Assembly: GCA_013115125.1 (NCBI GenBank)
Contig: JABANN010000341.1
Span: 1-37,393 of the forward strand
Length of the DNA: 37,393 nt
Direction of reading: 5' to 3'
Source: Perkinsus olseni
Taxonomy: Eukaryota
A program made the position numbers and the translations under genes. The notes under the pieces were generated by a model, which was given only the letters and a program-made list of their open reading frames with translations, did no database searches and was not told where the DNA came from. Position 1 is the stretch's first letter, and each line of letters opens with the position of its first letter. Below, one piece after another: positions 10,609 through 21,660 of the stretch.

Positions 10609-12445
10609 TCAGAGATACTGTCTAAGTAAAGCTCGGAAGGATTCTGGAGTTTCTCGCACACTCCCGCCGCCAGGACTCTGCGAGTTGGGGCGTCGGTCCG
10701 CACCTTCATCATCGTTCCTCACATCGCCCACCCGCCTCCGATTCGCTCGAACCTTTGCTGCAGCCGCGGCTTTCAAAGCCATCTTCGACACTTCAGCAGA
10801 TATTTCCGCGATCGACCGGTGGCACCTTTTCCTGCACGATGAAGAGGAACCCTCACGAGGCGGGGACGTCCCCGCGGCTTCCGATCTGCGGCCGTCGAAT
10901 ACTATTGAGGAGGCCGCTGCGGCTGAATCTTTCGGTCCTAGAGGCTCGGCATCGTCGATGACAACCAGAGGCACGCTTCTCTTTGGCTCCAGAACATTGT
11001 GGGAAATGGCTTCTTTCGACTCCTCCGATGGTCCGGTGAATACCAACCTCCTGGCGATGTTGTCGGTCGGCCTCGCTGTGCTTCTCGAGGTGTGCCGCTG
11101 TTTACTCGCACCATTGGCATCCCCCACTAGGGACGACACAGGCCTCGGCATGTCGGCGACGGTCTGCCCTTGCTGGTCTCTCCCATGCTTTCCGTTCAGC
11201 AACGCAATAGCTGCCCGGACGTGGACGCACTGGTCGCGAGGTCCCCGGTGGGACTCCGTTGGACCGGAGCATGCGGAGCCTGAGAGAGAGCCGCAGCGAC
11301 TGGACGACCGAAGCTAGAGAAATGCTGCACTCACAAACGGACATAACAAGGTTCACGGACTGCCCATCACTGGGCATCTTCACGAGCAATGAACCTACAG
11401 CGGCAGAGGCACTACGCCAGCAGTGGTAGAGAGTGTCTCACAGATTGCATCATCTCCGACTTTTACTTGGCAGAGAAGCACGCCAGGCAGGTCAGAGCTC
11501 CACGCCTCAAGCGCCACTCTGCCGTACTGGGCTCTAGTGCCATCGTCCACGGTGGTTATATCCCCTTGGTCCATGAAGGGACTGCGAAGAGCCACTGGGA
11601 GCGTACCGTGAAGCTCAGTGTTTCGCTACCTTGGCTTCCCTGTAGTGCTTGATACTTGACGATCTGGGGTCCCTGGTGTCTTGCATTCGCTGCACGGACT
11701 GGCCTCCCCCATGTTCTGTCGGGCGCTGCCTCGTGCCGGAGCTGGGCCGTGTCGGCCCGTAAGGAGTACGCGCGCAGCAAGCGCGGCATGCTTGCACAGC
11801 CCAGGACGACGATCATCGCAACTGCCTGAGCGTTAGATATTCGTTGTCGACCTTGTCTCTCAATAATTCTGCCCACATTGGATGGCCAAGTTGGCGAGGA
11901 CCGAAGCGCTGCTGCTGGCGCTAATGGTAGAAGTGGCAGTATCATCCTCATCCCCTTGCACTTGTGTAGCATCCTCAATGGCTCCCTTCCAGGCAATGGT
12001 CACCGTATAGAAGGCGAAGGGGTAAGGCAACGCGCTCCTTATTGTAGAAGATTTACGTGGCGTCGTGAAAGGGTCGGTGGATGGCTCCCTTCGGGAACGC
12101 TGCAGCCGCCTTCTCATCACGTCCATGGTGGTAGTAGTAGCTCGGACTTCCACCTCATAAACTGCGGCGGTGGGGTCGAAGCGAAAGCCTAGTATCATCC
12201 TCCGCCCTAGGGCCGAGAACCTCTCACTAATATCTGAACGTAGGTGAAGATGGAACTACAGCTGCGGTCAAACTGTGCCCGAGCTCATGTAGTTAGCAAG
12301 AGCCCCGTCGCCCACTGGACTTACATGCAACCCCGGCAGAGTTGCAGGCCTGCGAGATCTCCCGGGCTGAGACGGACGGTAGTCTCCACTGGAGATGGTG
12401 AGAGTCGACCTGGTCTGAGTCATCACTGGGGGCTGGCGAGGTCAT
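10609..12445 (-). CDS. Hypothetical multi-exon protein, possibly with a SWIM-like Zn motif and a disordered C-terminus
   Basis: Exons link MTSPAPSDDSDQ..., YISERFSALGRRMILGF..., ...RCGSLSGSACSG...DQCVHVRAAIALL and the long terminal ORF ending RALLRQYL*. One junction near 11.4-11.47 kb is unresolved. Confidence 0.5.
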
Positions 12446-12710
12446 CCTCCCAGTTTGACATAATACAGTGACCAACGACTTAGTAGCGAATCGTGATCAT
12501 CGTTCCCGTGGCGACAGCGCTCCCCCATCCAGCATTTCTGCGCCGAGACGCGACCACCCGAGAGATACTACCGACCGACTCCCCGCCCTGTGCCGAGATG
12601 TTCCCTTCCAAAGAAATACTTCAACTCAAGACCGGCGAGATAACGACGAAGAGAGGAAACTGGACAAACACGCGTTGAAAAACATCGGACCTGAAGGTCG
12701 CCGTCTCAAG

Positions 12711-14658
12711 TCACTGGTGCGAGGCTACCAGTTGGACCCTGCCAGCGACACCACCCTTAGTGTGATGCACTGCTGCCAGAGTGTACGCCTTGACGGCCTC
12801 CGAGAGAGGAACTACCGCACCGATGTGCCGGTCCAAGCACAATGGCGGTGGACAGGCTAGAGAGGACACAACGGAGCTGCCGCACTTCAGGCACGGTGAG
12901 GGTGTCAGGGATGGCTCGGCCGGGATGTCGTTCGGAGACTCCTTCTTGGCTTCCTCGATGAATCGGAGACCGGCACCTGCATAGCATCGATGGACACACT
13001 CGAGCGAGACGAGACCCTTACCCATAGGGCCACAGCGGGAGCCGGTCAACTTCATCTCGTCGACAACACAGCGCGTCATGAGGGAGCCCACCGAGAGGCT
13101 CTGATCGCTGCTAGGCTTCTCCTCAGCGGAGGCGGTCGTCTTCATGACGATAGTGCCTGCAATGAGAAGTCCTGGACGAGAGGGCACGACAGAACGACGG
13201 AAGCTTACCCATCTTCCGGCAGAGGTTAAGGGCGTTGTTCAGCGCCGCGGCGTAGCTACTACTGCCGGTGCATTCGACAACAACATCAAAAAGTTGAGGT
13301 TCATCGTCATTATCCGAGCCACCCACTGTTGCGCACTCAGGGCTGTATCTCGACACTAGCTTCACCTCAAGCGGCCTAGCCCCGTCCGGGGAGTTCACGA
13401 GGGCTCGGTAGCACGACCGGTCTGTGGCGGCGGGACCTGCGGGGAGACAGTACAATGGTGGTGTAATAGTGAAGCCAGTCAAGGCTTCAAGTCAATGGTC
13501 ACCCGCGCATAGAGGACCCAAATAAGCGAGATCAGCCAAAAACGAATTGGCGGGACATTTGTCTACTACCTTCGAGAGGCAAGCCTAGGACTTGTCTCAT
13601 TCTATCAACATCGGTGCCAATCACGCAGAGCTGCTTCAACGGGCGTCCCTCCTCCGCCGCTTTGTTGGTGACACGCTGGGCCAGAGGAAGACGCATGAGC
13701 ACATCGGCTACCATCAGACCAAGTCGACCGCCGCCTATGATGCAGACCTGAGAGAGTGCAGTCGTTCTACGAGGGAGGAGGCGGGAGGACCTACCCTGTC
13801 CCCAGCCTTAACGATGCCTTGCTCCACTATCCGTAGGGCCGCCGCCAAAGGTTCTGTACAGCAGGCTTCGAGGTCGGTCAGAGACTCCGGTACGTTGAAA
13901 AGATTCCTCGACGGAGCAAGGAGGTATTTAGTGTGGCAACCAGACCACTGGTGAATGCCGATGCAATGGCGATGAGGGCAGTGGTTACGACGCCTAACCA
14001 GCAGGTCCTCGTCACCCGCCGCAGCCGCGGCCTGTCGACATAAGGGACATCTCCCACAAGGGATGTTAATGCCAGCCACCACTCTCCTATTCGTCTTTGT
14101 GTCGATACCTAGCGAAAGAAAAAAACATGTCGTCACCGGGAATTGAACCCGGGTGGATTGGTCCTACCCACAAACTCGTGTCCTAGCACCAGCGGGCTCT
14201 TGCCATCAACAGCCACAGCATCATCAACATATCCTTTCAACATGTGGATATCAGTACCACAGATGCCTCCTCGGAGGACCTTGATCAACCTAAGATCCCC
14301 GCCAGCCTCGTCGCTCTCACCGCAGTTGACCAGAGCGTTATAAGCTTCCTCTCCGATTGCACTACGGACCTTGGCCGGATCTGAGACCAATTTCGTGGCG
14401 CGCGACAAAATCGAGGCGATAGGTTAGGCACAACAAACTGCTTCGCTTGCTTCGCTGAAATCCATAGCCCAGAGGAGCAGGATAAAGAAGCACATACCAC
14501 ACTTTCCCTGAATCCTTACCCGGTATGGGCAGATCTTGCCTGAGCTCCAACGCAGGGAACAGGTCGCCGGTGCCGCTCTGATTCGGAGCTCCCCTCCGGT
14601 CACAGTGGATGACGGCTCCCATCATGGTGGTCTTAGCAGGTACAGTAGACGACGACAT
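12711..14658 (-). CDS. Zinc-dependent medium-chain dehydrogenase/reductase (alcohol/threonine dehydrogenase-like)
   Basis: [16 protein letters not shown], structural Zn loop CGRCPLC...NHC, EPLAAAL, GGGRLG nucleotide-binding motif, [23 protein letters not shown]. Confidence 0.92.
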
Positions 14659-14794
14659 CGTTAATTCAGGTGATAAAACTAGCTTCACAGACACTCCAGG
14701 TACAGCACTAAACCGACACAAACGATCTGTCCCCTGCCGAACGCAGTGTCAGCGCAACCAAGCTGAGCCAGAAACGGCACCTCATGCAGTCCCT

Positions 14795-15427
14795 CTACCA
14801 AAACCTTAGCTTGCTCCATAGCCCGGACGGTTCCGCGTCTACTGGAGGCTCTATTGGCGGTCCAAGAGGGTCATATATGCTTGTCCTGGGGTATGCCTCC
14901 TCCTCGTCATCATAGTCCCCACCACCACCGTTTCCCTCTGCCTTCAGCGCTGCCTCCTTCCGCTCCGCTCGACGTTTGCGGGCTTCCAGGATGGCCTGAG
15001 GGCACGGTGAATATACTGCTCTGAGCAGCAGAGACGTCACGAACAGACTGCTGCGGCAGGTTGTCGGCGTGCTGATTGATATTGGAGTTCAAGCTTAAGC
15101 TCTTCCTAGGTCCACCACTCGATCGATTTAGACAAAGCCAGTGGGCTGGGCAATGTGGTGTGCTAAGCTTATCTCAACAAGACTGATGGTGGCCACTGAT
15201 GTAGGCTAGTGTCGAGGCTACACGCAAGAGCCCACATTTACTGTCCCACCGAGTGATGTAGGTCGACCCATGCAGTACACAGAGGATTCATCGATCCCTT
15301 GCAGGAAGGCGCCTACCTTGTCATGGTCCTCCAGCCTCCTGAGTATCGGATAACAAGTGTACAGCATGCTGCCTCCCCCCACTATCGTTGCTATAATAAT
15401 ATCGGTAGCATTAACCTTATAACGCAT
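14795..15427 (-). CDS. Small protein (about 120 aa) with N-terminal hydrophobic segment and charged tail, 3 exons
   Basis: MRYKVNATDIIIATIVGGGSMLYTCYPILRRLEDHDK|EELKLELQYQSARRQPAAA|AILEARKRRAERK...GLWSKLRFW*. Phase-0 GT-AG introns. Confidence 0.65.
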
Positions 15428-15545
15428 GTCCCCGGAAAAGCCTACTCGGCACCGTCGCCCTCCACGTCACAAAACACAAGGCAGGGGAGAAAAGAGGTTG
15501 GTATAAAGAATTTGCACTTTGTATTCAATATGGACCGCGTAGCTC

Positions 15546-16465
15546 TTAATCGCCAGCGAGGGCCCTCAGCCGCGCCTTAACACGGTCGGAGAGGTCGCTG
15601 CCGTCGTCTTTCCCGACAACCATACAACTGTGGAAGTCGGCCACGGCACAGCAGGCCTGCGCGAGGGAGTAGCCAGCACTGGTAAGTTCTGAAAATATGA
15701 AGACCTCGACGGCGACTCGTTGCCCCTCGTCTGCTCACCTGTGAAGACGACGAGGACCCGCTGAAGGCCATTGAAGTTCTCCGGATACTCCAGCCTGGCC
15801 ATAGCCTCCACCAGGTCTTCTCTCAGAGACAGCTCCTCTCGATATGCATCTTCTAATCCTGTGGCGAAGTGCAGGGCGGAACACGGCTCCCCATCGTACT
15901 CGACACAAAGGCGATGGAGGTCCTCAAGAGTCAATGCCTGAGGAACTTTGATAAGAGCCACTCACATTCAAGTCCTCTACCAAATCATGAAGGGCCTTCT
16001 CCAGGTCATCCTTGGCAGCCTCGGCGAGAGCCTTGGTATTCCGGAGAGCCTCAGCTCTTATCCGATATGACGCGCAAGACGAAAAGGTCCTGCAGAGGTC
16101 GCGGTGACAGAGCGAAGCAGGGCGGACCATCACATGGCCCTCACGCTCCCAGCCTCACTTCCTCTTGGCCATCTCCGTTATGGCCGAGCTCTGACGTTTG
16201 AATTCCGCTATTCTCCTTACCTGTTTCAGGCATCCGCCACTACAAGTACCTGAGGAGGTCTGCACGACGTCACCAAGGAGAGCTCCTACTTACGCTCCCA
16301 TCGGTCCACTATAGTCACCAGGCTCGCATGCAGTCGCCTACGACTAACTCTGGCCTTCAACTCCGACGAAGTGAGAACCTTCGGCGCCACTGATATCCCC
16401 GGCGAGACAGCCTTCTCGGACTTCGCGGGAGTGGTAGGGAGAGTGTAGGCCCAAGCATGGTCCAT
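15546..16465 (-). CDS. Hypothetical helical protein, multi-exon
   Basis: MDHAWAYTLPTTPAK..., ...LEDAYREELSLREDLVEAMARLEY..., last exon ELTSAGYSLAQ...RLRALAGD*, joined by GT-AG introns. No family recognised. Confidence 0.55.
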
Positions 16466-16597
16466 GATAATGTACAACACTGCACCCTCAAAATCAGTAC
16501 CAACTATCCACCTAATCCAAGTTCAGGGGTATACACTAAAAGAAACATTGCACTTGCTATGGTGGTATACAGAGCGGCAACGAAGGACATGCGGACG

Positions 16598-17266
16598 CTA
16601 CATCACTCGGCACTGCCGACTGGCTTCCATCCTCTCTACCTGCATCGAGCTGGCATCAACCTCGGCTGCGCGCCACTCACGCTCCCTCTAGCCTCCACCA
16701 GACCATCCGCAAGCCTATCAGCGTTAGCTCTGGCCCTCGACATGGTGTCCCGCTGCTTCGCCAATTCGCTAGTTATTTCTGAGCAACCCATCACTAAGGG
16801 AGCGTCTCCCAAGAGCCTGCGTCACCTAGGGCGGTCCTCTCAGCATCCACTGTATTCAATATAGCCTGGTTCAGCACAGAGGAAGAGGCTTCTCCTAGCT
16901 CCACCAGCTGCCGCGTCGACTTCGCCTCTCCTACGGAACCTCAACCCTCCGATGACAATCCCGGGCGACAACACCATCCATCACTACCCTCTCCGCCTTT
17001 CCTCCTTCCTTCGCCCTCCAGCTGCTGCATCTCAGTCTTTAGCTCCGCCACAACCGCCATTCGTCTCGGCCGCTCTTCACGTGGAGCCGAGCTCGCCTGA
17101 TGCGCCAGCCGAGCCAAAGTCCCTGATGCAACTCCGCCACCGGCAGACTCTCATCCGCTGCCCTACGCTGTGCTCTCTCCAACGTCACCGAGTCCCCAGC
17201 TTCCCTTGCCTCCGCCAGCAAACGTCTACACTCGCCTTCATAAGAATCAAATATCGAAGATGACAT
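16598..17266 (-). CDS. Vti1-like Qb-SNARE ending in a CaaX box (CRVM*), 5 exons
   Basis: MSSSIFDSYEGECRRLL (Vti1-type N-terminus) ... SNARE motif VLNQAILNTVDAERTAL|EITSELAKQRDTMSRARANADRLADGLVEARGS|VERMEASRQCRVM*. Confidence 0.72.
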
Positions 17267-17370
17267 CCGCCTGGAGGCCGCTGTCCCCACTGAATGACTC
17301 AACTATACGACTCGGTAGTGAGTGGAAACGTTAAGTGTTAAGGAACGTGGAAAATACGTATGGGCCAGAC

Positions 17371-20300
17371 TTATCGCCTTCTATAGCGGGACTTCCCCTT
17401 GGGGCCCTTAGAACCCTTCTGCTTCTTGATAGACTTATCAACACCGCCAGCCTTCGGTTGAGCAGCAGGGGCAGGGCCGCTGCGAGAACCCTAAAGAGGC
17501 CATTCCCGCACAGGTTCTAACCTCAGCAAGGGCAGCTCCTACCTTCTTGTTAGCCTTCTTCTTTCGGCTAGGTACCATATCAGTCCGGTCTTCATCGCCC
17601 TCGAAGCCAGCACGCATGCGTCCACCTCTGTCCTTCTTCCCTACACCACACGTCAACACCCTCTTTCAACAGCCCAGCCTGTCTACTCATCCGCTTCGCC
17701 AAGCTCCTCTGCATGCCCTCTTCGTGTCTTCGCTCCGCCCTCTCCTGATCCTTCTTAGCCTGCTGTGCTTCAAGCTTCTTGGCGGCTCTCTTCTCTGATC
17801 TAGTCTTCGGAACCTTCGACGCTGAGACATACACCACCGTCCTACTTCCGACAAGCACACAATAGAACAGAGCCTGGGGTCTGCATCACAATCATCACAG
17901 ACTGATACCTGCCTATCGAGACGACTGTCCTTTAAAACACATTCACTGAGCTCTACATACTATCCTAGTAACAGTCGTTCCCCAACATGGTGAATGAATG
18001 GTTCGACTAGCCCACCGTAGGGTGCAAAACCGAGCGTCGTCGGCCACGTTACTACAAGATTCGATAGCCTCGGCACCAGCTCCCTTCCTGATCCACTGCT
18101 GTCTGGGGCGCCTGTCGATCTCCTTCCGATGCGTCTGATGAGCAGGTCCTGACTCCCCCACACCCTCCCACCATGCCATTCACCTTCATGTTGTCAACCT
18201 TCTTTGCCATCACGTCAGCCAGGCGGAGCTCCCTCTCCACGGACTCCTCCTGCATGATCTGCTTCACCTTATCCTCACTTTCCGTTATTTTAACTGCCAT
18301 CAAGTCGCTTCGACGGCCTTCCCACACTCGAGGAGCTCACCAGCCATGGTCTTCACGTCCTCAGAGTCCACTGTCCTCTCCAAGACCTTAGCATGATTTG
18401 TATCCGAGGACTTCTTCTTTTTCACATCAGCCGTACCTTAGATACCATAAAGACAGTCAATACCCTCCTAACGCCAACAAAATTGACGCGCCCCAGGGAA
18501 ATAGGATAGCGGACAGACACTCAAAGTCACGAACTGCAACCAAATTGTCTCCGCTACAACACAGCCATCAAGAAGCCATTGTGATGCACAGAGCTTCCCG
18601 GTGCTTCCGCCAAGAACCGCACACGCCTCGACACCGTCGGGACATGCAAGTCTGACGCATGTCCCGAACTCATTCCGATAACAACAGCCGTCGCAACGCT
18701 CCCGACCCGTCGAGGTGAGTTTCCTAGCCAGCCACCCAGTATTACATTTCTTAGCGATGTGCTTCACCTCCTTGTACTCTCCAGGAGTGTACATGGTAAC
18801 ACTAGTCCCCGACGCTCCCGCTCGTGCTGTCCTAGAAGAAAGGGGAGACATATCCTCGGGCGAAGGCCTTCGACCTCTGCTCACCGGCCGACTCTGTGCA
18901 CGTATTTGGTGACATCCGGAGGGAGCTCGAAGTTGATGACCGTCTCGACATGAGGCAGATCGAGGCCTCGGGCGGCCAGATCAGTACAGATAAGGTGAGT
19001 CGCTTTGCCTGCCCACGGAAAATCTGCTTCGCTCCGCTGGAATCACCGTGGTGGAACAACCTACCCGATTCGAAGTCTGCCAGCGCCTTGACTCGCTGTT
19101 GCTGGCTGAGATTGCCGTGAAGCTCCGCGAACTTCACCTTCCCTACCAGACCCAGGAGGACGGCCATTCGATGGGCGGTCTTCTTCTGGGCGCAGAAGAT
19201 CAAACAGCGCTTCCTAAGAGCGACCGAAAATGTCGCCTGTGCTTCGCTCCGCTAAGAATCGCAAAATCAGCTGATATTACGTGAAGTGTTTCGTGCAGGC
19301 GGCGAGGAGTGTGGCTTCTCGTTGCTGCTCGGAAGTGACTCGAATCTGATCGCGAACAACCATGCGACCTCGAATACCACTCTTTCGCCAACTCCTACGA
19401 ATTCCTGGGTCAGTGTGGGAGACACCCGGTTGGCCTTGGTGGTCTCTATTGTGACAGGTTTGGATAGCACAACCTTGGCGAGCTTCAGCACCTACGTATA
19501 CGCGCCGCAAAATTACTCTCCCAACCACCTTCAGTTTTATATATTACCTCCTGGTTCATAGTGGCGCTGAACATCATCGTCTGGCGGGACCGATTGCAGT
19601 GCTTCTGAATAATCTGCAACGGCACAGCAGCTATTCTATCGTAGCGGTAGAGCGACGCGCGCGCAACTCGGAGGTCGGAGGATCGAAACCACATCAACCC
19701 AATACATGTCCTCGACCCAAAATCCGCATGTACCAGCCCTCAATGGCGCAGCTAGTCAACCCTACTACCGTTAAGCACTCATCTCGGAAGCCCATCTCCA
19801 GCAGACGATCGCACTCATCCAAGACAACAATCTCGCACATCTCCAAGTGGACGTTGGGAGAGTTCAACAGCTGAACAAGGTGAGAGGTAAACAGCGGGAT
19901 GCTACCGTCGAGTACGCTACCAGATCCAGAACCCTGCCGGGCGTGGCCAAGACAACGTCAGGCTGCGCGCGCATCTCCGCGGCCTGCTTCTGAGAGTCGA
20001 AACCGCCAACCACCAGGCACGAGGTGAGGGGGGCAAACCTAACACGGGGCTTCCTCAGGGCCAGGCGGCAGTCGCGTCGGATTACTTAGTGAAGTCCCGG
20101 AGCATTTTATAACACTGCACAGCGAGCTCTCGAGTGGGCAGCAAAACAAGAGCCTTAGTCGCAGCTCGGCCACCAGTGATACGACCCGTGTGGGGATCTT
20201 TTCGTCGAGAACGCACCTAGGGTTGGACCATGCAAGATACATAACAGGTCAGAGTAGATGCTATTACATGACTCGCTTGACACAGTCGTTCAATGATGGG

Positions 20301-21297
20301 TAGAAGGAAACCTCCCGTCTTGCCACTGCCTGTCTCAGCCGTGGCCAGAATCTGCCACGAAATCAATTGCCAAATTCCGTCTGTCCCTCCGTGTTCATGC
20401 AGCTTTCTATCTGTTCATAATATACAGCCCCCTCCACCAACTTCCCCCCTGAGCCCCTCCCGGCTACTCCGCGATCGCGGATCTTTCCGGTAGAGGTTTA
20501 CGACAAGCGTATTTTTTGCCCCCCCCCCCCGACTTTACTACATCTTGACTCCTGAGTGCCACCGGGATAACGTCCCTCTGCACTGGTGTTGGCTCCGCGA
20601 AGCCCAAGGCGTTGAGTCCTCTCAGGACTGGTCTGGACAGCTGCAACGACGCCCAAGCAACATCTAAAAAACATTTCACCATGACGACGTGGGAGCGATA
20701 GCTGGACTACGGGTCTGCAAATGTTTGCTCTTCTCCTTCTCCTGACTATCAGCTTCATCACTCTTCTCGTCACCAGCAGGGGTCTCTTCTTCCGGCGAGG
20801 ACTCCTCCGTGCTCTCCTCAGTGACCCGATCGATCTTCTCTTGTAGCGAAGTAACAATCTCCTCTTGTGAGGCCGGCATCGGGTTAGCCTCCTCTGCAGC
20901 GATGAAATTATCACCCCCTGACCACCAACCCCCGCCCTACCAAGCTCGTCCCATACTGTCTTCTCCTGAGCGACGGGAGCGGCTCCTTCGTCATCCTCAT
21001 CATCTTCCGATTCCTCTTCCACTGCCCTCTTCAATTCAATGGTCTCGAGATCGTCAGTGTTCATCTCGATATCACCATCATCGTCGTCATTGTCGGACTC
21101 TGGACGGCGGTGACACTAACATCCGACTCAGGTCCATCTACCTCATACCTGCATTCAAAGCCTCTTCCTTCGACTCCACGACATCGTCATCTTCAATCTC
21201 AGAGTCGCTGTACTCCCTGAACTCGTCCATTAGGGGGAAGAACAGCTACGCGGGACGCACGGAGACCCCCACCCGCTGCTACGGGGTTGCGCGTCAT
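17371..21297 (-). CDS. DDX27: DEAD-box RNA helicase DRS1/DDX27 (60S biogenesis), many exons; start at 21297 or 21230
   Basis: [93 protein letters not shown] and C-terminal GKSRYRRR*, typical of DRS1. Confidence 0.92.
18437..18745 (-). other. 309-nt DDX27 intron with nested stem-loops (candidate structured RNA)
   Basis: Perfect 11-bp inverted repeat (IR) 18637-18647/18657-18667 nested in a 7-bp IR 18626-18632/18709-18715. A second IR at 18507-18513/18550-18556. Confidence 0.55.
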
Positions 21298-21660
21298 GAA
21301 CCCGTGCCTATGACCAGCCGGTCCATCATTACCGAGGATATTTTTATTCGATGTTTGCTGTCCTCGTGCCACCTACCTATTCATATCGTATGCTCGAGAG
21401 GAACAGATGTTGGCTCGAGTTCAATTTCGACGGATGGTTCTCCTCTGGTACACCAACCACGAGCGTTGAGGAAACTCGAGTGAGAACGAGAGAGCAAGTC
21501 TGCAAGATTTTGAACGCACACGTTACGGAGTGATAGCGACCTTTGTATTGGTCTCTGTCAGGGTCATTAATATTATCGGTACCATTGCTCCTGGCAACCA
21601 CCCCGACCTGAGTCCCTTCACTTGCATAAGAAGTAGCCCTCCTACTATAACGTACGCCCG

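Noticed and set aside
10685-11317. 210-aa plus-strand ORF
   Set aside because: Antisense to the terminal exon of the minus-strand hypothetical gene, with a non-ATG start.
20809-21483. 224-aa plus-strand ORF
   Set aside because: Antisense shadow of the acidic DDX27 N-terminal exons.
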